Of a DNA stretch of 64,000 nt, positions 11,534-23,650 are shown in pieces; position 1 is the stretch's first letter, and each line of letters opens with the position of its first letter. The notes under the pieces are model-generated. The model saw only the letters and a list, made by a program, of their open reading frames with translations. It did not search any database and was not told where the DNA came from. The DNA comes from Octopus sinensis (Eukaryota). The stretch is taken from positions 11,842,001-11,906,000 of the forward strand of contig NC_043010.1 of the NCBI RefSeq assembly GCF_006345805.1, read 5' to 3'. The position numbers were made by a program, and so were the translations under genes.

Positions 11534-12180
11534 GGCAAAATCTTTAGTATTCCAGGCAAAATGCTTCACTACTTTTTGTTCGTCTATACAATCTGTGTTC
11601 AATTTCCTCCAAGCTCTGGCAAAATCTTTTGTATTCCAGGCAAAATGTTTCCCTACATTTCGTTCGTCTATACATTCTATGTGTGGAGGCGCATGGCCCA
11701 GTGGTTAGGGCAGCGGACTCAAGTCATAGGATCGCGGTTTCGATTCCCAGACCGGCGTTGTGAGTGTTTATTGAGCGAAAACCCTAAAGCTCTATGAGGC
11801 TCCGGCAGGGGATGGTGGTGATCCCTGCTGTACTCTTTCACACCACACTTTCTCTCACTCTTACCTCCTGTTTCTGTTGTACCTGTATTTCAAGGGTCAG
11901 CCTTGTCACTCTCTGTGTCACGCTGAATATCCCCGAGAACTACGTTAAAGGTACACGTGTCTGTGGAGTGCTCAGCCACTTACATGTTAATTTCATGAGC
12001 AGCTGTTCCGTTGATTTGGATCAACCGGAACCCTCGTCATCGGAACCAACGGAGTGCTTCCATCCACATTCTATGTTCAATTTCCTCCAAGCTCTGGCAA
12101 AATCTTTAGTATTCCAGGCAAAATGATTCACTACATTTCATTCATCTTTACATTCAGTGTTCAATTTCCTCCAAGGTCAA
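11534..12180. repeat. ~84-bp minisatellite (3-4 units) split by a SINE D insertion
   Basis: Unit GGCAAAATCTTTAGTATTCCAGGCAAAATG...TTCAATTTCCTCCAAGCTCT starts at 11534 and 11618 and resumes after 12076. Confidence 0.8.
11685..12065 (+). mobile_element. SINE family D (tRNA-like head), tail type 1
   Basis: A-box TGGCCCAGTGG, B-box GGTTTCGATTCC, TSD acattctatgt; closely similar to 62156-62541. Confidence 0.9.
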
Positions 12181-12771
12181 TTTCGCATTTCATCATTTCA
12201 GGGTCAATGAGATAAATATCAGTTGAATGCTGGCATAAATGTAATTGACTTACCACTTCCTCTAGATTGTTGGATTATTCCAAAATGTAAAACCAAAATT
12301 TTTTTTTTTTTAATTTTAACCAAATTTCATTCTTTCTAAGTTATTTTACAGAGGTATACCAATGGAACAAATCAAAGAGTGCATAATATTACCATATATT
12401 CAGACATACAAGTTGAATTTTTCTGACCAAATTTAGAGCCAAAATTTCCATGAAAAATGCAGCAAGATTTGGAATGGTAATGATGATGTTTGAATATTTA
12501 CACAGTATGTTTATATTATATACTTTGTCAATTTGCATGCCAGAAAACCAGTACATTGCTTTGTTGTTTCATATCTATTTTATGTTGACATGTATGGAAT
12601 GGTTTTAGTTTACACTGTCACCAACAAAAATTTGTATATTTATGTTTAAATCTTAAGTTTTGTTAATTCTCTTCTTGATATTAGATCTGTTAGTTCTCTT
12701 CTTAATATTTTCTTGGATCAACTCAGACATGAAATAAGAGCAGCTGTAATTATCCTTTAAAGCATGATGAG

Positions 12772-12990
12772 TTACATGGCAGAATCGTTAGCATGCCGGG
12801 CGAAATGCTTTGCGGTATTTCGTCTGCCATTACGTTCTGAGTTCAAATTCCACCGAGGTTGACTTTGCCTTTCATCCTTTCGGGGTCGATTAAATAAGTA
12901 CCAGTTACGCTAGGGGTCGATATAATCGACTTATTCCATTCGTCTATCTTTGTTTGTCCTCTCTGCGTTTAGCCCCTTGTGGGTAGTCAA
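12772..12990 (+). mobile_element. SINE family C
   Basis: Head TGGCAGAATCG...GAGTTCAAATTCC, central GAGGTCGACTTTGCCTTTCATCCTTTCGGGGTCGAT segment, tail ccccttgtgggtag. Confidence 0.85.
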
Positions 12991-13154
12991 AAAAAAAAAA
13001 AAAGGTTAGAACTCACACTCTCAAAGTAGTCAGTAATCCAGCCCTTTTTAACTCTTTCATTAGAACCTACCTGATATCACCTCTCGGTCTAGGTTACAAG
13101 ACCAACCATTTCAAAGTATTCATACTAAATTTAAAACTTCTATACTTACTTTGC

Positions 13155-13565
13155 TTACTTTTACTTTTACTTGTTTCAGTCATTTGGCTGTGGCCATGCT
13201 GGAGCACCACCTTTAGTCAAATCAAATCGGCCCCAGAACTTATTCTTTGTAAGCCTAGTACTTATTCTATAGGTTTCTTTTGCTGAACTGCTAAGTTACG
13301 GGGACGTAACACACACCACCATTGGTTGTCAAGTGATATTGGGGAGACAAACACAGACACACAAACATATACACACACATACATGTATATATACATATAT
13401 ATGACAGGCTTCTTTCAGTTTCTGTCTACCAAATCCACTCACAAGGCTTTGGTTGGCCCGAGGCTATGGTAGAAGACATTTATCCAAGGTGTCAGGCAAT
13501 GGGAATGAACCTAGAACCATGTGGTTTGTAAGCAAGCTACTTACCACACAGCCACTCCTGCGCCT
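13155..13565 (-). mobile_element. SINE family A, full length
   Basis: Reverse complement of the family A consensus. Confidence 0.85.
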
Positions 13566-13769
13566 ATCATAATATTTTGTAATAATTATTGAAAGTTATG
13601 TTCCAAACACCACTTAATTATAACCAAGTTAATTATTTTACTAAACCCTTTCAAATGTTTTATTATATACAAAATTAATTGGAATACATACACAGAAAAA
13701 CGTTCACTTCATACTTTAACCACAAAAATAACATATTATGTACCAAATATTGCAGTTAATATGAACATA

Positions 13770-14184
13770 GGCGCAGGAGTGGCTGTGTGGTAAGTAGCGT
13801 GCTAACCAACCACATGGTTCCGGGTTCAGTCCCACTGCGTGGCATCTTGGGCAAGTGTCTTCTGCTATAGCCCCGGGCCGACCAATGCCTTGTGAGTCGA
13901 TTTGGTAGACAGAAACTGAAAGAAGCCTGTCGTATATATGTAGATATATATATATGTATGTGTGTGTGTGTTTGTGTGTCTGTGTTTGTCCTCCCTAGCA
14001 TTGCTTGACAACCAATGCTGGGGTGTTTACGTTCCTGTCACTTAGCGGTTCGGCAAAAAGAGACCGATAGAATAATTACTGGGCTTACAAAGAATAAGTC
14101 CCGGGGTCGATTTGCTCGACTAAAGGCGGTGCTCCAGCATGGCCGCAGTCAAATGACTGAAACAAGTAAAAGAGTAAAGAGTAA
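13770..14184 (+). mobile_element. SINE family A, full length
   Basis: Head GGCGCAGGAGTGGCTGTGTGG through tail GTAAAAGAGTAAAGAGT. Confidence 0.9.
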
Positions 14185-15324
14185 ATAGTTTATTGATGCA
14201 GACTTGGCTATGCAGTTATGAAGTTCACCTCACAATCATTTGATCTCAGGTTCGAATTCACTGCATGCATCTTAAACAAGTATGTTTTACTACAGTCACA
14301 AACCACACAGGCATGAATTCACTAACACATATATATATGTTTGTATGTATATGCATATATATATGCGTGTGTGTGTGTGTTTGTCTGCGCCTATATCTTT
14401 CAATAAATTATACACAATAACTGCAACCATGCTGATTGTTAAGATATTTGAACATTTGGTGCAGTACTTTTAAAGTATAAATGAGTTTATAATAAGGTTT
14501 AGTATATATATATATATCTAATCTTCTTGGAACTTCACATCACAAATTTATTCATATAATATAATTACAAACCAAGCTACAATACTACAGCTTCAAATCT
14601 TACAGTAAATATCATGTGTGATTATAAATATCATATACATACACACATATATTCATATACATTGAAATGCATATACACACATAATGCACAAGCTCACACA
14701 CAGACACACACACACGCATACAAACACAAAACTGCTTCATATACAAAGGTAGGATTATAAAGAAATATGAATTATAAAGAATTAATAAATAGATCAAAGA
14801 AACGTTAACATCATTTTTGCAGGAAGACAAAATATCAAGTGATTGCATTTCGTTCCTTACCATTGTCTCCCTTACAGCTACAGTTCTGTATTAAAAGAAC
14901 AGATTTTATTTTGTCTGCTTTTGATGAAAGAAACATTCAAAATAATACTATTCTTTAGTATTCATGGCAAGCAGGTAATTTAGTTCAATAGCCTGGCACC
15001 CCCAAGGGAGCATATTCAGAAAGCTGTAAAAAAGAATTCCTCGGCGAAATCAATATCTCAACCTATTTCTGTATCCGTTAAGCCTAAATGCAAATTTATC
15101 ATGTAAGTATTCTAGCGGAGATATTTTATTCTTCAACCATACAATGGTAGATTTAATCAGTGACTCCATTTAGCATCAGCACCTGGCTTCTGGGTGCCTT
15201 TAGTGGAGATTCCACTCCATTGCAAGCATTCAGACCAAATCTTCAGGCTTCCTTTCTCCCACCAGACTCAGAGTCTGAAGAAGGTCAAGTGCACTTCCAT
15301 TATCCCCCCTCCCCCCTCCCCCCT

Positions 15325-15330
15325 CTCTAT

Positions 15331-15388
<58 letters not shown>

Positions 15389-15458
15389 GTCCATCTACCT
15401 GTCTGTCTATCTATCCATCTATCTATCTATCTCTCTCTTTCTCTCTCTCTTTATATAT

Positions 15459-15505
<47 letters not shown>

Positions 15506-15729
15506 TATATATATATAAATATATAATATATATATATACACACGTATGTATATATATATACACACGTATGTATATAAATATATCATACATATGTGTATAT
15601 ATATATTCTTTCATTCTTTTATTCTTTTGTACAATCTTGCTTCAATCCCTACACAAAGGCCACACATGTGTATATATATATATATATACATACACGCATA
15701 TATAGTTACACACATACAGTATGCATAAA

Positions 15730-15788
<59 letters not shown>

Positions 15789-15790
15789 GC
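15325..15790. repeat. Compound (ATCT)n/(CT)n/(TA)n microsatellite
   Basis: Directly visible. Confidence 0.9.
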
Positions 15791-15952
15791 GACAAGCTTC
15801 TTTCAGTCTCCATCTACCAAATCCACTCACAAGGTTTTAGACAGCCTGAGGCTATAGCATACAACAATTGCTCAATGTGCAATGCAGTGGGACTGAACCC
15901 AGAACCATGTGGTTGGTAAGTAAGCTACTTACCACACGGCCACACCTGCACC

Positions 15953-15991
<39 letters not shown>

Positions 15992-16199
15992 TTATGTATA
16001 TATGTATACAGAGGTATATACTGATAGATGCATATATATATACATACACACACACACACAGAGGCGTATATATATATATCTCAAATACTGCTGCCCTTTG
16101 TGGTCTCCCCATGCAAAACAAAACATCTCAAAAATTGAATCACCCCAGAGGGCACTCACTAAATGAATTGAAGGCATAAGTGATCTCAATTACTGGGAC

Positions 16200-16363
16200 C
16201 GCCTTAGCGGTATTTCGCCTGTCACTACATTCTGAGTTCAAATTCCACCGAGGTTGACTTTATCTGTCATACTTTCGGAGTCGATAAATACCACTTGAAC
16301 ACTAGAGTCAATGTAATCAACTCATCCCCTCCTGCAAAATTGCTGCCCTTGTGACAAAATTTG

Positions 16364-16380
<17 letters not shown>
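16200..16380 (+). mobile_element. SINE family C, alternative tail, diverged
   Basis: Same head and central segment as family C, followed by a cccctcctgcaaaattgctgcccttgtg tail and (ATT)n. Confidence 0.7.
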
Positions 16381-16418
<38 letters not shown>

Positions 16419-16423
16419 CAATA

Positions 16424-16840
16424 TTCAGCGAGCTTTCAGAATCATTAGCACGCTGGCCGAAATGCTTAGCAATATTTCGTCTGCTGTTACGTTCTGAGTT
16501 CAAATTCCGCCAAGGTCGACTTTGCCTTTCATCCTTTCAGGATCGTTTAAATAAGTACCAGTTACACACTGGGGTCAATATAATCAATTTAACCCGTTTG
16601 TCTGTCCTTGTTTGTCTTCTCTGTGTTTAGCCCCTTGTGGGCAGTAAAGAAATAGGTATTTCGTCTGCTGTTACGTTCTGAGTTCAAATTCTGCCGAGGT
16701 CGACTTTGCCTTTCATCCTTTCGGGGTCGTTTAAATAAGTAGCAGTTACACACTGGGGTCGATATAATCAACTTAACCCGTTTGTCTGTCCTTGTTTGTC
16801 CTCTCTGTGTTTAGCCCCTTGTGGGTAGTAAAGAAATTTA
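16424..16840 (+). mobile_element. SINE family C head-body-tail-body-tail dimer
   Basis: Tail ...AAAGAAATAGGTA joins internal TTTCGTCTGCTGTTACG at 16655-16658. Confidence 0.85.
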
Positions 16841-16860
16841 TTATCATTATTATCATTATT

Positions 16861-16892
<32 letters not shown>

Positions 16893-17889
16893 CTGGAGCC
16901 AATTTCCCAGAAAGTAGAGCTGTACGTTAACTGTTATTTGTTGGTTGATTTGGAATAAATAGCATCATACAATAGAATTAGTAATCATCACTTTTTCTGC
17001 ACCAAGGCCACAATATACTAGAACCAATCAATAAGCAAATTAAATCATTCACAGATATTGAATATATCAATATTTTCCTAATCCTCTCTTGTTTTTCTTA
17101 TCAGATTATTTTCTTATCTAGAGTGCGAAGTCAAGTAGAAAAACCTAAAGCTTCGGAATGGTATTAGTTGAGATTACGTTGTGTTAAGTAGCATGAAGTG
17201 AAGTGGAGAGTTCAGTGCTAGGAATTGCTCTGCCGCTTCTTGCTTGTTATTACCTTTAACACTGCTGTAATTAGGAAACCAATCTAGTTAAGGCGATCTG
17301 CATTATTCAAACTAAATTATAAGACCAATTTCGGAAACTGTCACTTACCTCAATCTATCTTGCACAATAAATATATTTATGTTAGGAGAAGGAAGATAGT
17401 GCAAAAAAAAAAAGAAAAAAAAAAGAAAGAAAAAGAAAAGAAAAAAATGTAATTATATTGAAAGTAGCTGAGGGAGTTAGACTGGATGTTTATATACCTT
17501 CACAATGTTTATATACTTTCTCGGTGTTGTGTTTCTTAATCAGAAGGTAGTCATGTAATCTGACAGGGAAATGATGAACTGGGATGGAGAAAAAAAAAGG
17601 AGGGTAAAAAAAAAAAAAAATTTACCTTGAAGAAAAAAAAACAAAAAGTAGCAGCAGCTGCTGAGATGATGAAGTTGGTGTTATGGTGAATGCACATGTG
17701 AATGAACGTATGCATCTGTCAATCTATCATTTTGTATGTGCATGTGCATTTGTGTTGCTGTTTATGCGTGTGTGTTAAAAAATGTATGTATCTTTTTTTA
17801 GATTTATATTTGAGTGTGTGTGTGTGTCTCATTATTGCAGACAACTGTTTTTTTTTTATTATTTGAGCATAAGTATGCAAGCATAAACA

Positions 17890-17946
17890 GATATAAGCAT
17901 GCATATGTGTGTCTGTGTATGCCTATATATATATATATATATATAC

Positions 17947-18003
<57 letters not shown>

Positions 18004-18109
18004 ATACATACACATAATACATATATATATTTATATATGTATGTATTATGTATATATATATATATATATATTTATGTATGTATACATATGTGTGAATGTA
18101 TGTGTTTTG

Positions 18110-18150
<41 letters not shown>

Positions 18151-18320
18151 ACACAGACACATGCATACACATTATTTCATCCACCTACATTTTAGTCTAT
18201 GTACAAAGATGCATACAAAAACAAACACACATGCACACATACACACAATCACTAATGCTCACACATACATAAATTGACAAACATATATATATACATATAT
18301 ATACACACACACACACATAC
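17890..18320. repeat. (TA)n/(CA)n compound microsatellite
   Basis: Directly visible. Confidence 0.9.
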
Positions 18321-20112
18321 ACATACACACATACATAAACTCAGTGTGTGTGTGAGTGTATATATTCACTATAATATCTACTATAAGCCAATTATTTCAC
18401 ATTGTAGTTACAAACAGCTTCTTGTGTTAGCGGAAGAGAAGCTGACAAATGTCAAGCCTTCAATCATCTCTCCATGATTATTTTTTGGAGGGAAGCTGGT
18501 GATTATTGGTTAGTGTGAAATATGTTACCTTTAAACATCACTCAACATTGGCAACCTACTCTTCTACTACAACAACACCGAGACATAGCTACAGAAGATC
18601 TATATATCATTAATTTTACCATTTTCCTTCAAAAGGCTCATGGGTTTCCATCATTATGTATTTCTTGAAATACATCGAACAGACATGGCAAAAAGAATAC
18701 ACCCTTAACGGAAACCGGTTTACCTTCCACTTTATTTTTCCCACTTTCTTATTTTATGATTGTTGCTACAAACAGTTTTGTGTCTTGGTAGAGAGAAGCC
18801 AAGGGATTCAAGCTTCACAATCTCGTGTTTGATTAGCTTCAGGGGGAATACTGAGCAATGTAGAATATTACCTTTTGCTGCGTTTCACTTTGGTAATTTA
18901 ATCTTCTTCAGCAGCTCCGAGATACAGTTATAGCAGGACTATAAACCATTAATTTTACTGTTTCCTTCAAAAGACTCAAGGGATTCCATCATTATGCATT
19001 CTAAATCCACCGAAAAAAAAAGCAAAATAAAAAAAAAAAAAAGCATGGCTAAAGAACACACCCTTGGCAAACACTAACCACTTTAAAGTAGTCACTCGTG
19101 CTCTCTTTTTTTTTTTGTCTCATTTTATTATTTTGTTGTATTTTCAAATACTTGTATGGGTTAGTGAGAAAGAAAAAGGCAAAACGTTAGTCTCTGCAAT
19201 GATGTGATTATCTTAACTGTCTTGCATTGCTAATCTAGTCTTCTTCTGCAGCAAAAATTCAGTTGCAATAGATATCTAAGAAACTCACTTAAAAATTTAT
19301 GATTTTTTTTCCAAAGATAAACAATAAGCAACTAATGCCTTTATAGTAGTCTCAAATGCTAATCTTGCAAAATTTGATAATCTTTCATATCGAATGCATA
19401 TTTAAAAACATGTTTTTTTATTTGCGTCAGTCAATGGACTTCAGTCATTCTACAGCATCACCTTGAAAGATTTTGTCATCAACATTATTGTCATCACCAG
19501 TGTCATCATCATCATCATCATCATCATCAGTTTTGTCATCGTTGTCTGCATCGTCATCATTTTCATCACCATTTTCATCGTCGTCGTCACCACCATCATC
19601 ATCAACATCATCATCATTATATTGTTGCTATCATCAGAACTACAACTGCTGTCAATATCACATCATCAATCAACTTTGTTATTGCTATCAACAACATATA
19701 TACCACCACCACCACCACCACCACCACCACTACTACTATCTCTATAATCTTATCAAATCGACTCCGGTACATATTTAAAATCTAGTACTTATTTTATCAA
19801 ATTCTTTTTGCCAAACTGCCAGGTTATGGAAGCATGAGCAACCTAGCAAACAAAGACAAACACAAACACAGCATGAACACACACACGCGCGCACACAAAT
19901 ATATATACATGCACCAACATATAACAGGCTTCCACATATTTCCTAACTACGAAATTGACTCACAAAGCTTTGATCAGCCCAAAGCTGAAATTAACACTTT
20001 GTAGAGGACAGTTGCCCAAAGTAAGGTACTGCACAGTGAAACAGAACCCAAAAACCACATGGTTCATAAGGTAAACTTCTTAACTACACAACCAAACCTA
20101 ACATTTAGAATA

Positions 20113-20340
20113 TATTTCTTTATTGGCCACAGGGAGCTAAACAAAGAGGGGGACAAACAAGGACAGACAAAGAGCTTAAGTCGGTTACATCAACCCCAGT
20201 GCATAACTTAATTTATCGATCCCGAAAGGATGAAAGGCAAAGTCGACCTCGGCGGAATTTGAACTCAGAACGTAACGGCAGCCGAAATACCGCTAAGCAT
20301 TTCGCCCAACGTGCTAACGATTCTGCCAGCTCGCCCCCCC
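20113..20340 (-). mobile_element. SINE family C
   Basis: Reverse complement of the family C consensus. Confidence 0.85.
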
Positions 20341-20404
20341 TCCTCCAAACCTGACATTTAGAATAGGTACACCATAACCCTACCTATTGTAAGAGGCTAT
20401 TTAA

Positions 20405-20624
20405 CCCTTTCGTAACTGTATTTCTTTTAAGATGCTCTGTGTTTCTTTCAATTACTTTAAATAAAACAAAGAATTTAGTAAAATAACTTAGTTATTATTC
20501 AGCTAGTGTAAGGAACATGAATTGTGACTAAGGTTTGGTGGAAGATTTTAATTCAAAACTTATGAAAACAAGACATTTGTACTCAGGGCCAGAGCCGGTT
20601 TCAGCCGGGTTGGTAACGAAAGGG
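20405..20624 (-). mobile_element. piggyBac-like MITE, copy 2
   Basis: TTAA|CCCTTTCGTAAC...GTAACGAAAGGG|TTTA; reverse complement of 3306-3526. Confidence 0.8.
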
Positions 20625-21574
20625 TTTAAAGGATTTGAGCCAGTAAGAGCATCCAACTGTAAGACACTACAGAACCAAAAAAAAAAAAAAAAAATACCTC
20701 CCAACGCATGCTAGCATGGAAAAGCAGATATAAAAATATCTTGATGAGTGAGTATGATGAACTATAAAAAACATATCTACAACTGCTGGCTAATACCTGG
20801 GACTGATAGGTTTTATGAACAATCTCTAGCACAGGTGATATGAATATATTTGGATTACTTTTTTTTTTCAAGGTGTTGGGGAATTCATATTGAAATCATT
20901 GTTGCCTATCTGAGAGTGATAGCAATAGAGATAGTAGTAGTGGCGGTGGTGGTGGTGGTGGTGGTATATATGTTGTTGATAGCAATAACAAAGTTGATTG
21001 ATGATGAGATATTGACAGCAGTTGTAGTTCTGATGATGATAGCAACAATATGATGATGATGATGTTGGATGATGATGGTGGTGACAACGACGACGATGAA
21101 AATGATGACGATGCAGATAACGATGACATGATGATGATGATGACACTGGTGATGACAATAATGTTGATGACAATAATGGTGATGATGATGGTGACAAAGA
21201 TGATGATGAAAATGGTAGTGGTGGTCATGGTGGTGATGGTGTTCGTGGTGGTGGTGGTGGTGGTCATGGTGGTGGTAGTGGTGGTCATGGTGGTGGTGGT
21301 GGTTATGGCAGAGGTAAAACCGGAGATGGTAGCTGTATTATTAAACAAATGATATGATCCGTTTTGTATGTCTACCTTCAAATACTAAATAATGATCTCT
21401 CTACAAAGTTGGTAAGTAGGTACTGAAGCTGGTAAACGTCAGCAAATATATTCAGACATCAAAGCTCCTTATTATGCACATTATCATAGTTTATCCGCAA
21501 ACTAGTGGGTCCAGCTTATTCCTACAGACTCGTGTGTTAAACTATGAAATATCTAGTAATGGAAATGAACATAT

Positions 21575-21600
21575 ATGCATTATACATATGTGTGTGTATA

Positions 21601-21645
<45 letters not shown>

Positions 21646-21649
21646 TATA

Positions 21650-21724
<75 letters not shown>

Positions 21725-21779
21725 GTACATATAATGCATATATATGTATATATATGTTTGTATATATATATATATTATA

Positions 21780-21814
<35 letters not shown>

Positions 21815-21819
21815 GTTTG

Positions 21820-21862
<43 letters not shown>

Positions 21863-21953
21863 GTTTGTGTGTGTATGTATGCATATGCATATCTCTGTAT
21901 GTGTAGATGTGTGTATGTATATGTGTGTGTATAAATATATGTACATCTATATA

Positions 21954-21984
<31 letters not shown>

Positions 21985-22245
21985 GATGTACATATACACT
22001 TTTATATAAACAAATATATATATACATATACATATGTGTGTATGTATATATATATATAATATATATATATATAAATACACTTGTACACACATTTACATGT
22101 ATGCATATATACACAGACATACATTCATGCATATATAAATGTATACATAGATATATATATGTGTGTGTGTATATACATATATATATATATATATACATAT
22201 ATATGTGTGTGAATATATATGTACACACACACACATACACACATT
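21575..22245. repeat. Long (TA)n/(TG)n compound microsatellite
   Basis: Directly visible. Confidence 0.9.
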
Positions 22246-22540
22246 AGTCACATCAATATTTCTGTTCTTATCAGATCCAATTTTTTACCCTTTGGCTTTC
22301 CTTTGTATTGATTACAGTGGATTACAAAAAAAGTGGCTGTCCCTTTGGAATATTCCTTTAACCTATGCACTCTTATGCAGAGAAAATAGGAAAATATAAT
22401 TTTTCTTATCAGAAATTCCCAATATCTAATTCCTTTTTATTTTTGCATTTTTTTCCCCCTTGCTTAGTCTGTGAACATATTATTGACATCACAATGCCTT
22501 TGGATAAATATATTCAGACAGCTGGTATAGAGTTTGTACA

Positions 22541-22757
22541 TTAGATTTTGACCACTTCAATGCCCTTGTTCATTAGTATTAAGTTCAATGCTGCTAATGC
22601 CAACCTGTTTGCTATATCAATATCTTCCATTGTAGGCTTCCACTCTATACACAAACTAGGTTCTTTCAGTAAAAAGATATTTGCACGAATAGCTATCCAA
22701 TGTTTAAAGCTGTATATAACTTTACATAGAGAAAGGCAATTCAATATTTTCTGCAAT
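22541..22757 (-). CDS. Candidate terminal coding exon, product unknown
   Basis: ttttcag acceptor at 22758-22760; stop-free non-repetitive frame LQKILNC...EWKPTMEDIDIANRLALAALNLILMNKGIEVVKI*; AATAAA on the minus strand at 22436-22441. No family recognised. Confidence 0.25.
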
Positions 22758-23004
22758 CTGAAAACATTACCAGAAATTTATGGATGCAATTATGGCTCTG
22801 TGGTCAAGGAAACTGGTTTACGACAACAGGGTTTTGGGGTTCACTCCTGCTGCATGGCATCTTGGACAAGTCTGTTCTACCTTGCCTTTTTTGAATATCT
22901 TGTGGGAGGAATTTAGTGAATGTAAACTGTACTTAAGCCCAAACGTGTGTGTGTATATATACATGTATATATATATATATATATCTATATATATCTATAT
23001 ATAT

Positions 23005-23400
23005 ATCTATATATATAAAACTGAGAATGTGTGTCTGTCTGTCTGTGTGTTTCCCTAAAACTTGAGAACTACACAACCAATTTCATTCAAATTTTACACA
23101 TGCCTTACTTAGGGTCCGGGGAGTGTCATCGGCAAAAACAATTTTGAACCTTTTGCCTAGGGTGAGCCCACAGCAATATCATATCTTCTCCACTATGATT
23201 CCCTAAAACGTGAGAACTACACAACCAATTTCATTCAAATTTTACACATGCCTTACTTAGGGTCCATGTAGTTTCGTGGGCAAAAAAAATGTTCAACCTC
23301 TTGCCTAGGGCGAGCCCATAGCAATATCATTTCTTCTCCACTATTTCAGTATTACGTGTTAAAAGTGAAACAAAAACATCTCTTTATTTTATGTCAGATA
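23005..23400 (+). mobile_element. Probable second non-autonomous Helitron family, 5' part with ~140-bp internal tandem duplication
   Basis: TCTATATATATAAAACTGAGAATGTGTGTCTGTCTGTCTG start resembles the Helitron 5' ends at 5.7, 41.2 and 50.7 kb. Duplicated unit ccctaaaacttgagaactacacaacc...gcaatatc. No 3' hairpin or CTAG found. Confidence 0.5.
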
Positions 23401-23650
23401 CTTTCACTTTAACAATAAAAATTAGAGATAATAATAACAATTGAATTATATGTAGTAAGTAATAATTAAAATCAAACTAAAGTATGATATAATAATTAAA
23501 TCGTAACATAACAATTAATAGTGAAAATAGCAATTGGTATAAAACTGCATCAATGACTTGAACTTGAATAAGTGGTTTCACATGAATGGGAATAAATAAA
23601 ACATAAAATTTAAGTGCAGAAATGGAATAGTCCATGGAGCTGTGTACTCA

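Noticed and set aside
11685-11760. tRNA genes (also heads of SINE A and C)
   Set aside because: A/B boxes are present, but no complete acceptor stem is evident and each continues into a SINE body with tail or TSD.
15160-15705. 181-aa ORF with a complex N-terminal 50 aa
   Set aside because: Mostly microsatellite; the unique part has no good donor or recognisable motif.
17800-18280. Long IY/YI/CV/HT-rich ORFs (also 21.5, 32, 35, 48-49, 53 and 56 kb)
   Set aside because: Dinucleotide and tetranucleotide repeat translations.
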